Positions 52,800-64,000 of a DNA stretch of 64,000 nt are shown here, piece after piece. The position numbers were made by a program, and so were the translations under genes. This DNA is from Raillietiella orientalis (taxonomy: Eukaryota): positions 1,240,001 through 1,304,000 of the forward strand of contig JAYWIR010000041.1 of assembly GCA_036172245.1 (NCBI GenBank), read 5' to 3'. The notes under the pieces are model-generated. The model was not told where the DNA came from. It searched no databases and saw only the letters and a program-made list of their open reading frames with translations. How positions within the stretch are numbered: position 1 is the first letter of the stretch; every line of letters starts with the position of its first letter.

Positions 52800-54340
52800 T
52801 GCGAGTCCGAAACACGAGAGAATCACGCCAACAGGAGATGTCTGAGGTAGGGGCAAGACAGGCTGCTGACCGGGCATAAGAGGGTTTGGTCTGGAGCACT
52901 GGGAATTGGCTAACCCTCTTATCCTGGTTCCCCACGAGCCCGTTTTGCCTCTTCCTCTATCGCCAGACCATTCCGGGAACGGATTGGAAGCCAAGGTCGG
53001 ATGGGTCTTGGTGGCGGAGGGGCGGTGGTCAACTAAACGTCCCCCGACTCACGAGTGTCCAACATCTGCACAAGAAGAGGCAGGAGGGAAGAGGGACAAC
53101 AAAGTGTCGGGCACTGACTTTCCTCTTCGACTCCAAAGGTGCGCATCCTACCGTAAGAGCAATCTTGATCGGATCTCCGGGACTTGGGGGTGCAAGAAGG
53201 GCAGAAGTGTTGAGGGTGCTGAAAATTCCCAGGGAGAAGACCAAGCATGTCAGGAAGGAAATGGTCCGATCAAACATCCGGTGTTCGAGGGATGTCTCTG
53301 AAGGCGCCGGACATGCCACCGCCTGTAACAGAAGAGTCAGGAAGAGTTGAAGAGGAGAGACAGGCGAAGATGTTGGGAGCTCCTTCCTCCGTCTATTCTT
53401 GCGTTCTCCTTTTAGCCCTTGTTTCATGGACCCAAATTTGAGTAGGGCTTGGAATCAGCGAACAGGGAAAAGGCGTTGCTCAGAGGCAAACTTTTCCATT
53501 GCTTGCGGCTGCTCAAATTTATGCATATGGCTGGCAATGGTGTTGCTGGAGGCTTCGAGCGTCCAGTCCCCAGGAGGAAGAGGAGAAGGCTCCAGCAGTC
53601 CTTTAGCGAGGAAGAGGAGCGATAAATCCAAGTTCCCTCGATCCCTGCCTCCACAGTCAAGAAGCTGAAGGAGTGAGAGCTGTACCTGCAACGCCTTTTC
53701 CCTGTTCCGAGCGGCTCCAACGGAGAGGAGTGAAGATGGATAACCAGGGTGAATGGACTCCGTCCGTGTGGGCAAGCTGAGCGATAAGTCTGGGTTCGCC
53801 GGACCAGATCGCGAGTGGCGTGGCGTCTCCTGAGCTGCTTGAACGAGGATCCCGAGCTAACAGTCGGACTTGCCAGAGTACTCAAGGGACTTCGCGAGGT
53901 CTCTTGAGCTCCTTGGAATCCAGAAGAGATCCCACTGGCCTATGGAACTCCATGAAACCGGAGGCCTGGAGGAAATCGAACTTTGGGAGTCAGGAAGCGT
54001 GTGCAGCTCGCAATCCTCGCAATGGCGGGCTGCCATTTGGTTCTCTCGCGTTCTCCAAGTCTTCCTCGAAGATGCTTGCTCCAGTTCAGTTATGTTCTCC
54101 TTGCAAGGCTCTGCCCTTGCTGGCTAAGGAGCCAAGTTTGCCCGAAGGATGGAATTTGCGATTCATGAACAGAAGTAGAGGGCACTGTAGGGAGTCGGGC
54201 GAATATATACGTAACTGAAGAAGCATTTTAGAAGCGTGCGCACCGTATGGAAGGCCAGGGCCAGTTTCCAGCTCGCTCAGGTCCGTCCTGAGAAAGGACT
54301 ACGTCCCTTCCTTCTGGATCGCCCTTGGATTTCTCGCGCA
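52800..54340 (-). mobile_element. L1/Tx1 ORF2 reverse transcriptase remnant
   Basis: Ordered motifs across frames: NITELEQA, EPNGSP (PGPDG), QTYRSACPHGRS, LLSVG..REKAL (LDxEKAF), KDCWSLLLFLL (RQGCPLSPLLF), SLFADS (FADD), WSG....RGLA (FxWxG...GGL). Confidence 0.7.
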
Positions 54341-56759
54341 GGACTGAAAATCCTTCTGTTCACCTTCTTTCTTTTCTAGCCAGAAATGCCAGAGTCCATC
54401 TGTGGTTCCAAACTTTTCCGTTTCCTCCCCTACTTCTGGCTGTCCCGTGAGGTGCAGCTTAGGAAGAGAAAGAGATCACGGGAGATCAATCTGACTAAAC
54501 CCATGAAAACGCATGCACCTTCAAGGAGGCCAGACAGAGAAAGAATTGATCCCTACGGGCGACTCTGTGAAGGTTTCATCCCGCTTTCGATCTTGAAGAA
54601 GCGAGTTGGCGAGAGAGTTCGAAATGGACAGTCGAGATGAGTGTGGCTTCCTCATGGCCGTCGGTGTTTGTGGTGGATCGAATTCAAAGGCACAGGATGA
54701 GGTGCATTTCTATTCGGCATGTGGCACGTTCGGTAGTAGATTTGTGGGAGCAGGTGTTAACTTTTCGTTGGCAAATAATGGACCACTGAAGGGAGGAGAC
54801 ATTTGCCTGCGTGCCCTTGGAAATCTCAAGCGACTGTTGGTTTGATCAACCGTTGGCAGAAGTCGGCTGCAAAATAAGTGAACTTGGAGTCCATGGGTTT
54901 CCCTTCCTTTCCTTGTGGTCTCTGTACTCGTACTGAGGAATATCCTGGGCAGTTCCCTGAAATTTCAGCCTCCAGGATGAAGTGTTGTGCATTTCAAGAG
55001 GACAATGCACTGTGCGCGATCGTTCGGATGGAGGTATTATAACGCGACCTTTAGTTGTAGTAGGTCGGAAGTTTGATGACTATCATTCCTAGGAAGTTCC
55101 GTGTCTGCAATTAACTGCCTGATTCTTGTGGGATTTAATTTTGATGCTGGACTTCTGGAAAACTTACGTACAGACGTGCTCAAATCCGTCGAAAGATAGA
55201 GATGACAGACCGTATTCAAATACAAATGGAAGGTCCTCAGATTAGAAATCCTCCATGATCTAAGGATGACAGACTTGCCAACGAGTATAATTCCTAGAGG
55301 AATCTTAATCTGAGGATAGTATGATATACTCCTTTCCGCAATAAACATGACTGCTATATCCACAACTCGACATTCGCTGTTGTTGTGGCTTCTCGGATTC
55401 GAAATTCATCTCCCTTGAACTCCGTCTGCAAGCCCTGGAAGTTTTCCTTCCTCTTTTGTAGGAAACTGAAGGCTTCTGAATCTCCTGCTGAGTATCTTCT
55501 GGATCCAGGCTAGGAACCCCTGGTGAGGGATGCTGGGGCTCTCCTTTCGCAGCTCTGTAATGGAGTGTAGTGTGCGAAGTTCAGACAAAAGACATTTCCG
55601 TATGTACGGTTCAAAAACGGATGCTGCTTAATGTGGCAATAAGGTCAAGGAAAAAAGTAGGAAGCCAATAGAACGTATCAGGGAAATCAAAAAGGTTTCA
55701 GTGTGCAGGCACTCGGCCCTGAAGTCGTGAAATGAGGACCAGGTACAAGTAGTCATGGAATAGGCGGAGAAATTCTAGTGAGTATGGAGCATTGGTAGAA
55801 TCAGTGGAAACCACCAACTGGCAATCGAATTTACGAACGGTCCATTACGGAAATCGTCAAGTGTTTAATCCTTGCGAAGAGTTCCCCATCAGACCGTTCT
55901 TCCTCAGATGCACTACTGGAGTTCTTGCCGTTCCAAGCCATGGCTCGATGGCACATTTTCTCGTGCCAACTTTCCGAAGTGGACGACTTCTTCCTTTCAC
56001 TCGAATGGCGGTCCCTTAATTGCAACATTCGGGTTAGTCTTTTTAGCAAAAATTATTGCTTCATCAATCTTTTTTCTTCCTATGGGAAAAGGCCCGGACC
56101 GGTAGCGTTTCATTTTTCCCGAATCTCTGTTTCTTCGTTCCCTTAGCGAATTAAACACATTTTCCTTCAAGTTTTCTCGATGACCCCTAAGTGCTCTTCT
56201 AGGAACCCACCTTGTTTATTTTCTAGTGATTAACTCCGCCAATTGATGCAAGAACCGGAAAGTTTCTGAGATGCTGGCTAACGCTTCGCAAGTAGCCAGT
56301 CAACCAGCAAGGTCCAGCAGTATAGCTGGGAAAATTCTTTAAAGATTCGTTTTGCCCCTGGGACCTATATTTTTTCTTTATTTTAAATATAATCTCTTGT
56401 GACTCTCAAATAATTTTAGCAAGAACGAAGAAACCAACAAACAATAGTGCTTGTTGCGTGCTCAAAGGAATATCTTCGAGCCAAAAAGAAAATTTGTAAA
56501 AGAGACTCTTGTTGTATGAAAGAGATACTTTTCGTAATAGCCATCTCTTTCACGGAGACCGCGAGCGATGAACCAGAATTCCCTCTGCCTGCTCTTCAAG
56601 TGCTGCTGGGACTACTCATTTGGTTACCAAGGAAGCACTCGCTACTCCTCGACCATGAGTTGAAGAAGCGTAGCAATCAATGAAATTTTTTAATCGAGAA
56701 TGCCGTTGAGTTATATCTTCCCATTCAAGCAGTCCCTGGGTTTGACTTTACAGAACTAC

Positions 56760-57660
56760 CTGGGAGGAGACATTGGAAATTTTTCATCTGCACTTTGATG
56801 ACAGACTGGTGGCTGCCCGCCATCCGTTTGGATGGACTTATAATTACAGGAATGAATGGTTTTGGTCAAGAAAATGAGCAACTTTAGGCATGCCTTCCGG
56901 AAGATCCGATTTTTTTTCAGGCAGCCTAATGTTTCAGTTGTCACACTTTCTTTCATTCACGTGATTAGCATAACAAATGCCTCCATGTATGAGTCAAAGG
57001 ACAACATGTTTCCAATCCCATTTGCCTGTATACTATATTCCTTTTCCTCAGATCCTGTAACAAAACATGGCTCCCCTCTTCCGTGCAGTTGCTGTGTTTA
57101 GTCATCAATCATCTTTCAACTTCATTTTTCCTTTTCCATTTGCTCGGAAACCCCATCAGCCAACACATTGGAGGGACGTTCGAATAAAGTCGAACAATGT
57201 GTGGAGCACGGATGCGTACCAATTCAGTCTCATGACTCATCCCTGGAGTTCCATCTCGGGTGATTTCCTAGTTCTCATGTAAATCGCATTGCCCTAAGCA
57301 CTGAGATTCAATGTATTCATTCTCCTATAACATCCATTTTTCATTCAAATGTGGTGCTCGTTCGAACTCTGGAGCTTGCATTTTTCATAAAGTTTCTCTT
57401 CGAGTAGGGTTTTGGTCCGCTGCGGCTTCCTCCCTTAACACCTCCAGCTCTGGACATATACACAGCTGAGGTTCTGCTCTGCCCATTCTCTTGCGGTGTT
57501 CCGTGGTATGAGTCGGTTCTGGTTCTTCAAATGAGCTGCCGTGATGCATTCCTGACGTTCACAAGAGATGCTGTAGAATCCTTTTTTCCAAATTAAGAGC
57601 CATTCATTGTAGCTTTGCAGTACACTTGTACACCGGTCAGTGGTGATGGGCACTTGTTGG
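56760..57660 (-). pseudogene. Possible SAMD3-like C-terminal ORF remnant (often transposon-associated)
   Basis: GEPCFVTGSEEKEYSIQANG...FDSYMEAFVML...FRKACLKLLIFLTK resembles the P..G...Y.I..EG...F..A...YP..C..LxF pattern. Confidence 0.25.
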
Positions 57661-57693
57661 CTGAACTGTTTTGACTTTTAGGGAAATCGTTCA

Positions 57694-57694
<1 letters not shown>

Positions 57695-57731
<37 letters not shown>
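57695..57731 (+). repeat. Poly(A) run of 37 nt
   Basis: Longest homopolymer in the window. Poly(T) runs also occur at 377-402 and 26110-26133. Confidence 0.95.
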
Positions 57732-57733
<2 letters not shown>

Positions 57734-58254
57734 TTGTTCTTCAAAACAATCAATTCTGTGGCTTGGATTTCTTGGTCACAGCATCATTTTCCTGTCGTAG
57801 GTATCAAGAATTAGAAGAGTGCATCGTTCATCTCTAAACAACAGATTCAGATTCAGCTCATGAGTACTATGACTTTTACGCTGCGACGGGCCTCGAAGAA
57901 AGGATACAACCCCGTACATGATACCCATATGGCTCACTTATGCGTGGGTTAAGGAAACGAGTTAGGTGGAAGGTGTTTTTTAAACTTTTCGTTGCCCATT
58001 TTGATTTATTTGCTTGAGTTTCGTTTCCGTGACAATTGCAATTATCCTTTCATACATAATTCTTTCCTTCTGAGGAAACTTCGCACATTCGCACGGAACA
58101 CTGCAGCCAGAATTTCACCAACAGCTTATTTTATCAAAGTCTCTCATTTAATTTCATCTTGGGGATGGATATGATTATTATCTAAAAATTCTTCTAAATT
58201 CAATTGCCTTGCCCTGAAGGTATGCTGTGTTGAGGGATAATTGCTTGTACTGAC

Positions 58255-58365
58255 TAATTCTTGATTACAATAATCAAGAATTATTCAATTCATTTGATTT
58301 GATTTATGCTTTCTGGATGAAGAATTGCACGCGCATCCAATTCTTCATCCGGTGGCATAAATCAA
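58255..58365. repeat. Two tandem hairpins
   Basis: taattcttgatta-caa-taatcaagaatta (13-bp stem, 58255-58283), and ttgatttatgctttctggatgaagaattg-cacgcgcatc-caattcttcatccggtggcataaatcaa (~28-bp stem, 58299-58365). Confidence 0.9.
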
Positions 58366-59130
58366 TTTCTCTCACAAGTTGTACTTTGAATCCACTCCGT
58401 TGACGGCCTTCTTAGACAAAGTCTCAATCCCGTTAGCATAATCTTTAAGCAGCTATGCTGGAAGTCTTTAAGGGGTCTCCCATTCATCTTGCTAATGATC
58501 GGTATCCTATAGTAGCAGTCATGTGGGAGTCCTGTACGAATCCTTCGTAGTGCTTGTGCTAGAGAGGTGACTTTCTCCCTATTGTAGGCTACTGTAGGTA
58601 GCCTCCTAATTTTTGTGATGCATCTCCTTGTAGTTATGCATAGTTCATCTCTGAAGATCAATGAAGATCAAGCAGAAACTGAAACTTTCTCGTTTCTCCA
58701 TCTTTAAGACTTCGAGGGGCACGCATCTGTATTTCTGAGACTTCTTGATCACTGGTGATCCCTCTGCAGATGTCTGTCTGTCGTCTTTGTTCGAGAGCAG
58801 GCCAAGCAGCTTCCTCCGAGATTGTACCTCACCGATTCCACCCATGCGTTTGCTTCTAACTGAGGGGCTCAAGAATTTGAGGATCAAATTCCCTCTTTAA
58901 GCAGCATCTGTCTCTTCAGGCCGAGATCTCTGCACTTTTCATGTCTTTTAGACTGAAGCTGCAGTGGCTGGCGCGACGCGTAAGCAAAGATCTCATTTCC
59001 AAAACCGAAAACTTCTCCCGGTTGCTGCGCTCGAGTCGCTCGAGAGATGTTCGAAGCCAATGCATTCCTCTTGAAATACCGGTTATCTCGAAACCATTAA
59101 CCTTATTCCCTTCACGTCGGTCAGGGTACC
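58362..59130 (-). mobile_element. Polinton/Maverick-type integrase C-terminal half with chromodomain (pseudogene)
   Basis: On -: LERLERSNRE (VERFNRT), SHCSFSLKDMKSAEI (HxTIxMKPxxV), LKF...VRSKR (KFxxGDxVR), FIDLQR (FYxxELQK), then REKVTS...RR..GY..DEWETP.RLP..LLKDY (chromodomain). The computed ORF stop is at 58362. Confidence 0.55.
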
Positions 59131-59299
59131 ACCGGACCCCCTCCTGCTCACAAGGTCCCCTTGTTTTCTGCCCCTACCTCTTTGTTCTCTTATCCTTTCT
59201 TTTGAGGGCGGCACTTTCAGGCCGAGGACTTGAAGCTTCTGGAAGCTCCTTGCACGTGCGATTTCCATTTTGCCCTCTCTTGTCCCGCGCTTGCGGGCC

Positions 59300-59520
59300 T
59301 CGTCTTTCTTCGAGAGATGCATGCTGTCACTGCGGACCACCTCGTGGCGTAGCCGAAACCCTCCCTGTACAAACGCAGCATACCGCAAGCTACTGCTCCT
59401 TTGGTCACTGTGGCCGCTATCCCTCCCACTTCATCCTGCGGAAAGGGTTCTTTCTGGAAACTTCGTTACTCCTGAGGATGAAACATCCCTCGTTGAATTC
59501 CGAATGGGCAGTCAGCACGG
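59300..59520 (+). mobile_element. hAT transposase C-terminal dimerisation-domain remnant
   Basis: TSWRSRNP...YRKLL, AIPPTS and PAERVLSGNFVTP..TSL match the hAT pattern WW....P.L...K.L.IPxTS.xxERxFS. Confidence 0.5.
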
Positions 59521-60099
59521 ATGCTCAAGCCCGGCACAAAGGACGATGAGCGAAAAAAGGCAAGTGACCCTTATTTGCTCTCCATTCAAGAGATTTTTCA
59601 CAGCTTCTTTCTGTTTTTCTTTTTCTGTCCTTTCCCACGGGAGAACAAGCCTGCAGCCTGCAATCGATCTTCGCTCCAATTCTGAAGAGGTTCAGCAAGT
59701 GACTCTTGCATCTTGCGCCGGAGTCAGAGAGATGCTTGAGGAAATGCGGAAGACGAGTGGTTCGCCGGATACCAAATCCCAAGCGCCCGCGCAAGTGACT
59801 TCGGAATTTCCTCCAGAGACCAGAAGATCCGGCCCCAGCCGTTTCTCTCAAAGACTAAGCTGCAGTCGGGAAATGGGGGTTATGGAAGCGGGGTTGGGGC
59901 TTGTCTAGACGCCCCTGTGCTTTCGACACTGCTTGAAGGACAACCCGAGAGATCAATGAGATCACAAAGACTCTTCTTCTAAACAACGAGAAAGCAGACC
60001 TCAAGGAAAAGAAAAGGAGGATCTTCTGACTGAAATACACGGGGAAGATGAGGATTTGGAGGAAGAAAACCAGATCATCAGAGAAAAAAGCAAGAACAT

Positions 60100-62330
60100 T
60101 TTTTCCGCCCGTTTTCCTCATTGAATACCATTGGTATAACCGCACGACTTTTCTGGCATCAGCAGGGGATCCTATGAGGATTGCTCTAAAACGAATTAGC
60201 GTGTACTCCAAGATTAGGCAGCCGCACTCTCTTTGAACCCTGCTCCTAGCATCGAGGAAAGCAAGCAAATCCGCCCATCATCATCAACCAGTTCCCCACC
60301 TCCCAGAAACAGGACGTCAGCCAAAATGCAAGATTCCTTGTCTGATATGCCAGAAAGGTATCACACACCACTATACTACGGGATGAATACAAGCAGAGAT
60401 GATAGTATAAATAAAAACCTTACATGTCTGATCATTCCGCTGCTTATCCAGAGTATAACCATACCTTTGGTATGGTTATACGTAAACCATCAGAATCTTT
60501 TGCGATTTTCATTTGGCACCCAGATCTTGTCACCCCTATTAAACCAGAAGCCAGATCTAACATGTCATTTTCCTCCTCATCAGATACTGGGTTGTAGGTT
60601 TTCATAGAAGTACAAAATTAAACGACTCCCTAAGATTGATCATCCGTTTCGAGCTCTCAGCACCAAATCGCATGGAAATACGTGGAAAACATTGCATGGG
60701 AACATTTGTTTTCCAGGATGGTTTCCTCCTGCTGCAAGAGAAAATTGCTGCCTGTTGCATATTTGGATCTTGGTTTAGCAATGAATGTCAGGTGGTCTCA
60801 ACGACTTGGTGTCATTATTCAATGAACTTTTGCATCTTTGGTGGTCAATGCTGATGGATACTTTTCATTAATTTTTGCTAATGATGTCATGACACGACAG
60901 AATGCAAGGCGCTAATCCTGGGGCAAATGATTTTCACCAATGAACGAAAGTGCTTTTGTCTGCACAAATAAAAGTCCCACACGCTAAGAAAATGGTTATA
61001 GATGAGTTGCTATTGAGAGAAGTAAATCTCTACTCCAACTTTGAGATTGGTGGAATAGCCGGAAGCAGTATTATGGATTACTTCGACCAGATTTTTGGTC
61101 CTAACGTTCTTTTTACATATGAGGACGTCTTCGAAGCACAGGAGAATGGAGTCTTCCCTTTCGATGTCCACTTCCCTCTTGGACACGTTCGTCAGTGGTT
61201 CACTCACGCTCTCCGCTCTGATCCACACCTTCCAGCTTTTGCGCTTAATGCTTACGGCCTTATCTCTGAAACTTAAGGTGGTCTGAAAACGTGATTTCGA
61301 AGGGACTTCCTTCATCTTTCGTAAAGCTTCTCAAAAGCATCACTCTGTTGCTGCAGCACCCAGTCGAACTTGGGATCAAGAAATTTGGTAAAGATCCTAA
61401 TCGGAAAAAACATTCCATCCTTTTTGCTTCAACTGATGGAAGCAAGGAAAGCTACAGGGATGCAGAGGGAGGAGCTCTGCTCAATTCAGCCCACAGAAGA
61501 GATCCAGATCTGCACTTTGATCACAGAGGTGATCAAAGTGTAGTATCTGCTTGAAAGTGCATGTGAAGGTCCTGTAACTTGTCCTAGCTGGCACATTAGT
61601 GTTGATCCAAAATTTTATAATGGAGAGGAAACACGTGACCGAATATCTGATGAGGAAAACGATGTGTCAGATCTGCTTTTTGGCTTAATGGAGATATCAA
61701 GGCTTGAGTGCAAATAAAAAACACAAGCATCGACATCCATCGTAAAGGTTAAAAGGCAAAAGTGCAGTCCCCCATGTGACTTTTGAGCAATCCAAAACAA
61801 GAAGTGACACTGTCAGCATGAAGAGCTGCAAGGGAGCTCCGAAAAGTTTCTGAAAAGACAAATAGGATTTTGATTCAGGATCGCTGACAGCAAATCTGAC
61901 CTCAAAAAATGGGCTTTTTCTATTAGGGGCAAGTGATAATCCATTATGCAGTATACCAGCAATAGGCTGCCATAATTTATTGCTTTCAGGAAGCAACCCT
62001 GGATTAAAGTATTTATAGACTGGCATGCAGAGAGGCTGAGTGCATCTCTGTGCGTTTCCACGTGGACTCGGAACTAGCCGGCCAGACCGAGATTCGGTCT
62101 TCAAGATCTGAGGTACAAGAGCAAGCTTGGAGCACAAGAGCTTGGAGCGTTTCAAGAACTGCTCGCATTCAACACGAAGTCTGTGGTGTAATACGCTTCG
62201 TGCGCACTGCTGGAAATGAAACAAGACCTTGGTGGAAAGGGGTTATTTATCAGGAAGAACGGGAGAGCCACACATTCATAGAGCAGCCCACAACCTTTGA
62301 AGATGCAAGAATCGGCAGCAGCCCGTCTGC
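60100..62330 (+). mobile_element. Polinton/adintovirus-like protein-primed DNA polymerase B pseudogene
   Basis: Ordered motifs across frames: PCLICQK..HHYTTG (~60335), IPLVW..NHQNL (IPVxFHNL), FVFQDGF (FxDSF), ELLLRE...IMDYF, TYEDVFEAQ...LGHVRQWF..LRSDPHL (EDYxxAQ..LGxY..SDVxLL), LTANLTSK and VIIHY..QQ (~61884-61960), IAFRKQPWIKVFID (~61979), KSLERFKN (KTMENVRN). The catalytic DxNxLY and YTDTDS motifs were not recognisable. Confidence 0.7.
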
Positions 62331-64000
62331 TTTCCTTCTTTTACCCTTCTCCCTCACTTTTCTTCGAATGGAAGATGTTGCTTGTCAATCGATTCGCAGC
62401 AGGTTTTCGTTCCTACTCGAATGCACATGATCAGCTGAAATAAGACCACTCCTTGTTTCAGGAATTTCCAAATTAAATTCTGCACATTCTTACAGCCCGT
62501 GTGATTTCGTATCTATTACTTACGGAATCGATCTTCTCCTGGGTGATGCGTTTCCGCTCCCTCGTTGACAGAAACGATTCGAGGTCTTCATAAGTTCTCA
62601 TGGAAACTCTGAAAAAGGCATGCACGTTGCACGACTTGAACGGGAAACATTGCAGTGGAGAATTCGAATGACATTGAAATGCATCGGCACCTGCGTGATT
62701 GAGTTTACTGTAACAGTTCCGGGGAATTCCAAAGAAAAACTCTCAAAGAGAAACTTGAAACAGTTTGCAGATCACAGGCGAAGAATTGGCATCTTTGGAG
62801 AAAAGTCAAGTCGAAGCCTCTTCTCCGCTCTCTAAGAGATCGTTTGCGGAGTAAAGTATCGCGAAGAATTAGTGACTCGAGAATCCCAGTTGAATGCGGA
62901 TTTTTCGACATCCGTTTTGTTCCCGCCATGCTCTTCCCCAAGGGATTCTTCAGCGTTTACTTTCCCCGTTATGTTCGCCTGTCGTGTGTCCCGTTCCACG
63001 GACGTGCATTTGTCGAATGGCAGTCGTAGGCGTCTTTGGGAAAGCAAATCGCTTTCTTGGTCTTCATACTTTCTTTGCACGTAAGCGTAATAAACGCAGC
63101 CATGATTACACGCTTGCAGCCGTTTCTCATCCGCAGCATCACATCTCGCCATTATTTAAATCGTCTCGGTCACACAAGGAAACCGAGACCGAATTTCACG
63201 GGATGCACTCGCCATCAGAGGTGGCAGATATCGATGCGCCATTATGTGGAAAATCATTTGCTTTGCAACTCCGAATGATTGCCACATTGTGGAAAAAATA
63301 AAAATAAAGAGAGAAGGCGTCTCCATCAGGAAGGATTGCCATATCATTACGTGAAATGAATGTGTGTGAAATTTGCACTATGGGCACTTTCCGTGTACAA
63401 ATTCATGAGAATCTTGTATAACACGTAACCTTGACTGGAAAGACTTTATACCTTGAGATTCTTCAAATGAATCTTATCCATTTTATTGGTAGAGGACTGT
63501 ACAGAATCGGATTTGACATCCAATCGTGAATGCTTTGCTTGAGATTTTAGGCAGCTACCGCTCCATTCCAGTCTTCAGCTGTTTCTTTATCTAAATTTCT
63601 TTTTCGGTGTTTTCCTCGCATTTTTTTTTCTTCTTTATGCTTCTGGAGTTTGGTTGTATTTACATGTTGAATATTATTTAGGAAATACTTGCGATTATGG
63701 CAAGTCGAGGACAAGAAGATTCCGTGTGGGCTCTGTACTGTTTTCCAGAGTCAAAGACTAAAAAGACCAACGACGTTAACAAAAACACAGCGATGAGGAA
63801 GCAAAAATACTTCATCTAAAAGTAATGCATAGGATGGGGAAGTCGGCTACGGATTCCTGATTGAATATTAGAAAATTCGGATTTCTCAGGAATGTATTCA
63901 TCATGTGGCTGTCAGACATCTATCTACAAATTGATAGTAATCCATGAATCAGTCGATTACGTGTGAGGAAGTCGCACCGAATTCGGATGAAGTGTTCAAA

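Noticed and set aside
53150..60190. GDPIKIAL (53.2 kb, -) versus GDPMRIAL (60.2 kb, +) similarity
   Set aside because: The two lie in unrelated contexts (L1 RT versus PolB), so this is likely chance.
62832..63152. THAP-like ORF on -
   Set aside because: Lacks the conserved W, CxxHF and AVP residues.

Overview
Eukaryotic, most likely invertebrate-animal DNA: the histone H3 remnant has animal-type EIRRYQK and QEASEA, and CpG is not obviously depleted. I found no intact protein-coding gene. The long computed ORFs are mostly GC-rich or low-complexity read-throughs of decayed elements. The window is a mosaic of eroded fossils. (1) An H3 pseudogene (36770-37130) cut off by an antisense LINE ORF1-like piece. 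(2) A degenerate 28S rRNA fragment in two blocks (~30.4-31.1 kb). (3) Many L1/Tx1-type LINE pieces, plus RTE, Gypsy and Penelope-like remnants. (4) DNA-transposon scraps resembling KDZ/Zisupton, hAT, piggyBac, Tc1/mariner, MULE and Academ. (5) A divergently arranged Polinton/Maverick (adintovirus-like) remnant, with a chromodomain-tipped integrase on - and a protein-primed PolB on + (58.3-62.3 kb), and two hairpins just after the integrase stop. (6) About ten scattered, frameshifted C-type lectin (some PAN+CLECT) domain remnants. All protein-family calls come from reading motifs by eye across frameshifts. No database search was run, and boundaries are approximate.
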